Below are positions 60,287-64,000 of a stretch of 64,000 nt of DNA, piece after piece. The stretch spans positions 7 to 64,006 of the forward strand of contig PCCK01000107.1 in assembly GCA_002731695.1 (NCBI GenBank). Reading direction: 5' to 3'. This stretch comes from Porticoccaceae bacterium (GTDB lineage: Bacteria; Pseudomonadota; Gammaproteobacteria; Pseudomonadales; Porticoccaceae). Position 1 is the stretch's first letter; each line of letters starts with the position of its first letter. Below the pieces are notes generated by a model. That model was not told the origin of the DNA. It saw only the letters and a program-made list of their open reading frames with translations, and made no database searches. Both the position numbers and the translations under genes were made by a program.

Positions 60287-61501
60287 ATGACATTGCCAAT
60301 TTATTTGGATTACGCATCAACTACACCGGTCGACCCGGCTGTGGCAGATAAAATGATGGAGTGCCTCACTACCTCGGGTAAGTTTGGTAATCCCGCATCC
60401 AGGTCGCATGTTTTCGGTTGGGAAGCGGAATCTGCGGTAGAAGGCGCACGCGCTGACGTGGCGAGCATCATGGGTGCCGATCCCAGAGAGATTGTGTGGA
60501 CCTCGGGAGCGACAGAGGCAAATAATCTTGCGATTAAGGGGTGTGCTCACTTCAATGTCCGAAAGGGAAAACACATCATTACCTCTCGCATCGAGCATAA
60601 GGCTGTTTTAGATACTTGCAGGCAGCTGGAGAGAGAAGGGTTCGAGTTAACATATTTAGATCCAGACGCTAATGGTCTAATCCAGCCAGAAATGGTGTCA
60701 GAGGCGATTCGGGAAGACACTACCGTTGTGTCAATAATGCACGTTAATAATGAGCTCGGCACACGAAATGACATTGCGTCCATAGGGAGGGTCTGCCGAG
60801 ATCGGAAGGTATTTTTCCATGTTGATGCGGCCCAGAGTGCTGGAAAAACCTCCATTGATGTCGAGGAAATGAATGTTGACATGATGTCTTTTTCTGCGCA
60901 CAAGTTATATGGGCCCAAAGGTATAGGGGCCCTCTATGTGAGGCGCAAGCCCCGCGTACGAATCGAAGCGCAAATTCATGGTGGAGGGCATGAAAGAGGG
61001 ATGCGTTCCGGCACATTGCCTACACATCAGATTGTAGGGATGGGAGAGGCATTTAGACTTGGACATGAGATGCTTGAATCTGAAATTTCTAGGATTACAG
61101 CTCTTCGAGAAAGGTTGTGGGCCGGCGTTGCTGATATGGAAGAGGTCTATCTAAACGGATCTGCTCAACAAAGCGTACCGGGGATAATCAATATCAGCTT
61201 TGCTTTTGTTGAGGGCGAGTCCTTAATAATGGCTCTCCGAGATTTGGCCGTTTCGTCCGGTTCTGCATGCACGTCAGCAAGCCTTGAACCCTCGTACGTT
61301 TTGCGCGCATTGGGGTTAAACGACGAAATGGCACACAGCTCTATCCGATTTAGTATTGGCAGATACACTACAAAGGAACAGATTGATGACACCATTTCGA
61401 AAGTGCGTAGGGCGGTAGAGAAGTTGCGCGAACTTTCCCCCTTGTGGGACATGTTTAAAGATGGAATCGACCTTAATCAAGTTGAGTGGTCCGCTCACTA
61501 G
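60287..61501 (+). CDS. iscS: Cysteine desulfurase IscS
   Basis: [33 protein letters not shown]. Confidence 0.98.
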   Translation: MTLPIYLDYASTTPVDPAVADKMMECLTTSGKFGNPASRSHVFGWEAESAVEGARADVASIMGADPREIVWTSGATEANNLAIKGCAHFNVRKGKHIITSRIEHKAVLDTCRQLEREGFELTYLDPDANGLIQPEMVSEAIREDTTVVSIMHVNNELGTRNDIASIGRVCRDRKVFFHVDAAQSAGKTSIDVEEMNVDMMSFSAHKLYGPKGIGALYVRRKPRVRIEAQIHGGGHERGMRSGTLPTHQIVGMGEAFRLGHEMLESEISRITALRERLWAGVADMEEVYLNGSAQQSVPGIINISFAFVEGESLIMALRDLAVSSGSACTSASLEPSYVLRALGLNDEMAHSSIRFSIGRYTTKEQIDDTISKVRRAVEKLRELSPLWDMFKDGIDLNQVEWSAH

Positions 61502-61599
61502 CGTCAATGTGCGTTGGTGCAAAGTTCTATAAGTGTGTTAAAATGCATCTCAAGACTTGTAAAAATTTAACGTTTTAATTAATTTTAGGAGGGTTTAGG

Positions 61600-61983
61600 A
61601 TGGCCTATAGTGATAAAGTAATAGATCACTACGAGAATCCAAGAAATGTGGGAAAACTGGATGCCACGTCAAAGTTCGTAGGAACCGGTATGGTTGGAGC
61701 ACCCGCGTGTGGAGACGTGATGCGTCTACAGATTCAAGTGGATGCTGATGGTGTTATTGAAGACGCTAAGTTTAAAACTTATGGTTGTGGCTCTGCCATA
61801 GCCTCTAGCTCTCTTTTAACAGAGTGGGTGAAAGGTAAGAACATAAACGATGCGGAACAAATTAAAAATACCGAAATTGCACAGGAGCTTGCACTACCGC
61901 CAGTAAAGATCCATTGCTCTGTGCTGGCTGAGGATGCGATCAAGGCGGCGGTTCGAGATGTGAGAGACAAACAAGGGGTATAA
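61600..61983 (+). CDS. iscU: Fe-S scaffold IscU
   Basis: [20 protein letters not shown]. Confidence 0.98.
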   Translation: MAYSDKVIDHYENPRNVGKLDATSKFVGTGMVGAPACGDVMRLQIQVDADGVIEDAKFKTYGCGSAIASSSLLTEWVKGKNINDAEQIKNTEIAQELALPPVKIHCSVLAEDAIKAAVRDVRDKQGV

Positions 61984-61990
61984 CAATCTG

Positions 61991-62314
61991 ATGGCTATTA
62001 CGATGACAGAGGCAGCTCAGCGTCATGTGGAACGTAGCCTCTTGGTAAGGGAGAGGGGGATAGGCGTTCGATTAGGGGTCAAGACCACGGGATGTTCTGG
62101 GCTCTCATACCTGTTAGAATTTGTCGATGATGCGACGAAAGAAGACAAAGTATTTGAAACGGGCACAGTGAAGATTTTCGTAGACCCAAAGAGTTTATTG
62201 TTCCTTGATGGTACAGAGCTGGATTATGTTAAAGAAGGTATTAACGAGGGCTTTGAGTTTAAAAATCCTAACGTGAAGAACGAGTGTGGATGTGGAGAGA
62301 GTTTCCACGTCTAG
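61991..62314 (+). CDS. iscA: Fe-S assembly protein IscA
   Basis: TTGCSG, CGCGESF. Confidence 0.97.
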   Translation: MAITMTEAAQRHVERSLLVRERGIGVRLGVKTTGCSGLSYLLEFVDDATKEDKVFETGTVKIFVDPKSLLFLDGTELDYVKEGINEGFEFKNPNVKNECGCGESFHV

Positions 62315-62334
62315 TGACTTCAGCGACGCTTTAA

Positions 62335-62877
62335 GTGATAAATTCGAAATCATATTTTGCAATATTTTCTCTTCAGGCTGGATGGCACATCGATCTCTCA
62401 GAGCTGCAATCTCGATATCTTGACCTCCAAAAACAGTTTCATCCTGACAAGTATTCAATGAAAAGCAGTTTGGAAAAAAGACTAGCTATGCAAGCTGCAT
62501 CATTGATAAATGAAGCTTACGCAACACTAGTATCGCCTTTAAAGCGTGCGCAATACCTTCTCAAACTCCGAGGTTATGATTCGCATCAGGACAGTCATGT
62601 TACTAATGACGGTTTGTTTTTAATGGAGCAGGTTGAATTGCGAGAAGAGCTTGAAGTGATTGAGAACCAGAATCCATATCCGGATTTAAGAAAACAATTG
62701 GATTCGCTTTCTCAAAAGGTCAGGCATAGATATGATGTTTTGCTAAACGAGTTTAGTGAAAGTTACGCAAAGGGGTTACATGATAATGCTTTCAGCGTCT
62801 TCGCTAAGATGCAGTTTTTTGCCAAGCTATTAGATCAGGTTGAAGATCTTGAAAGTCGTTTGAGTCTTTGGAACTAA
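62335..62877 (+). CDS. hscB: Co-chaperone HscB
   Basis: J-domain HPD, IN.AY.TL..PL.RA.YLL, FLMEQ.E.RE. Confidence 0.95.
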   Translation: MINSKSYFAIFSLQAGWHIDLSELQSRYLDLQKQFHPDKYSMKSSLEKRLAMQAASLINEAYATLVSPLKRAQYLLKLRGYDSHQDSHVTNDGLFLMEQVELREELEVIENQNPYPDLRKQLDSLSQKVRHRYDVLLNEFSESYAKGLHDNAFSVFAKMQFFAKLLDQVEDLESRLSLWN

Positions 62878-62893
62878 TCTCACGGGAATACAG

Positions 62894-64000
62894 ATGGCGC
62901 TAATGCAAATAGCAGAACCCGGAACTTTTTCGAGAGAGACAAAACACCCTATGCGTGCTGTTGGGATAGATCTCGGCACCACAAATTCTTTGATTGCGGT
63001 CGTTGAGGACAATGCACCTAAAGTGCTGCCAGATGGCGATGGCAGCGTTCTTATTCCATCTGTTGTTCATTATAGGCAAGATGGAGAGGTGATTGTTGGA
63101 GTCAAAGCGCAATCGAAAGTTTTAACTGATCCATTAAATACGCTCAGCTCTATTAAGCGCTTATTGGGCCGAGGAGCCATAGATATCCCGAGACTTGGGA
63201 ATCAACTGCCGTATGAAGTTGAGGTTAAGGATGGTGGCATGCCGATAATACATACCCGTCATGGCGCGGTTAGTCCTGTGCAGGTATCCGCTGAAATTTT
63301 ACGATGCGTTGCACGCGTGGGGGAGTCATATTTCGAATCTGAGATTCACGGAGCTGTTATTACGGTGCCAGCTTATTTTGATGATTCGCAGCGTCAAGCT
63401 ACCAAAGACGCGGCAACGCTAGCTGGGATAAAGGTATTACGTCTACTTAGTGAACCTACCGCCGCGGCAATCGCATATGGTCTTAACAAGTCAGAAGAGG
63501 GTATTATCGCTGTCTATGATCTTGGTGGAGGGACCTTTGACATATCAATATTACGGTTAACAAGAGGTGTCTTCGAGGTCCTAGCTACTGGAGGAAATTC
63601 GGCACTTGGCGGTGACGATTTTGATCGTGTAATCGCAGATTGGTTGTGTGAGCAAGCAGGTATCGGGTCTTCGATAGATCCATCAACACAGCGATTGATA
63701 ATGACCGTTGCTCGGTCCGCTAAAGAAGATCTGACACTTTCTGAACGTACATCAATTACGATACTGGGATGGCATGGTTTTCTCAGCAGAGAGCACTTTT
63801 ATAAAATGATCGATCCTCTAATCAGTGAAACAATGCGGACTTGTAAACTAGCGATGCGTGATGCCAACGTTTTCTCCAGTCAGATTCGTGAGGTAGTTCT
63901 GGTCGGAGGCTCTTCCCGTATTCCATTGGTAAGCGATAGAGTGAACGAGTTGTTTGGATGTAAAGCGCTCAGTGAGCTAGACCCCGATCAAGTGGTGGCT
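62894..64000 (+). CDS. hscA: Fe-S chaperone HscA (truncated by window end; absent from the ORF track)
   Basis: Read from the DNA: [10 protein letters not shown]...[37 protein letters not shown]; follows hscB. Confidence 0.95.
   Translation, partial: MALMQIAEPGTFSRETKHPMRAVGIDLGTTNSLIAVVEDNAPKVLPDGDGSVLIPSVVHYRQDGEVIVGVKAQSKVLTDPLNTLSSIKRLLGRGAIDIPRLGNQLPYEVEVKDGGMPIIHTRHGAVSPVQVSAEILRCVARVGESYFESEIHGAVITVPAYFDDSQRQATKDAATLAGIKVLRLLSEPTAAAIAYGLNKSEEGIIAVYDLGGGTFDISILRLTRGVFEVLATGGNSALGGDDFDRVIADWLCEQAGIGSSIDPSTQRLIMTVARSAKEDLTLSERTSITILGWHGFLSREHFYKMIDPLISETMRTCKLAMRDANVFSSQIREVVLVGGSSRIPLVSDRVNELFGCKALSELDPDQVVA

Noticed and set aside
405-63112. Many short antisense or alternate-frame ORFs in the track (e.g. 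457-756, 13611-14099, 28834-29136, 43758-44165, 60547-60918)
   Set aside because: They are shadows of well-conserved genes with no recognisable motifs.
1-64000. CRISPR arrays, IS elements, prophage or defence genes
   Set aside because: No regularly spaced repeats, transposase, integrase or phage-like ORFs were seen.

Overview
About 64 kb of gene-dense, AT-rich core chromosome from a gammaproteobacterium. Gene order (ychF-pth-rplY-prs-tRNA-Gln-ispE-lolB, hemA-prfA-prmC, smpB-ratA-bamE-fur, panB-folK-pcnB-gluQ-dksA-sfsA, rplM-rpsI-pet-sspAB, metG-rnf-pyrC-rnt, purMN, suhB-trmJ-isc) suggests a streamlined Cellvibrionales/SAR92-like marine lineage; this is inference. There are two tRNAs and no transposase, integrase or CRISPR array. 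The standout is a remodelled Rnf operon: only rnfA-D-G-E remain, joined with no gaps. rnfB and rnfC are gone, all four cysteines that ligate the intramembrane RnfA/RnfE [2Fe-2S] cluster are substituted, and both covalent-FMN threonine motifs are intact. This is a candidate iron-free, flavin-only Rnf derivative. Other observations: a candidate miniature CrcZ-like sRNA upstream of pcnB without cbrAB; eroded relics of iscR and possibly nth and ratB; several Fe-S genes absent from their usual loci; a petB-petC fusion; two cysE paralogues differing at the CysK-binding tail; a frameshifted pcnB; and att-like motifs beside tRNA-Met. All family comparisons were made by eye from remembered consensus sequences, not database searches.
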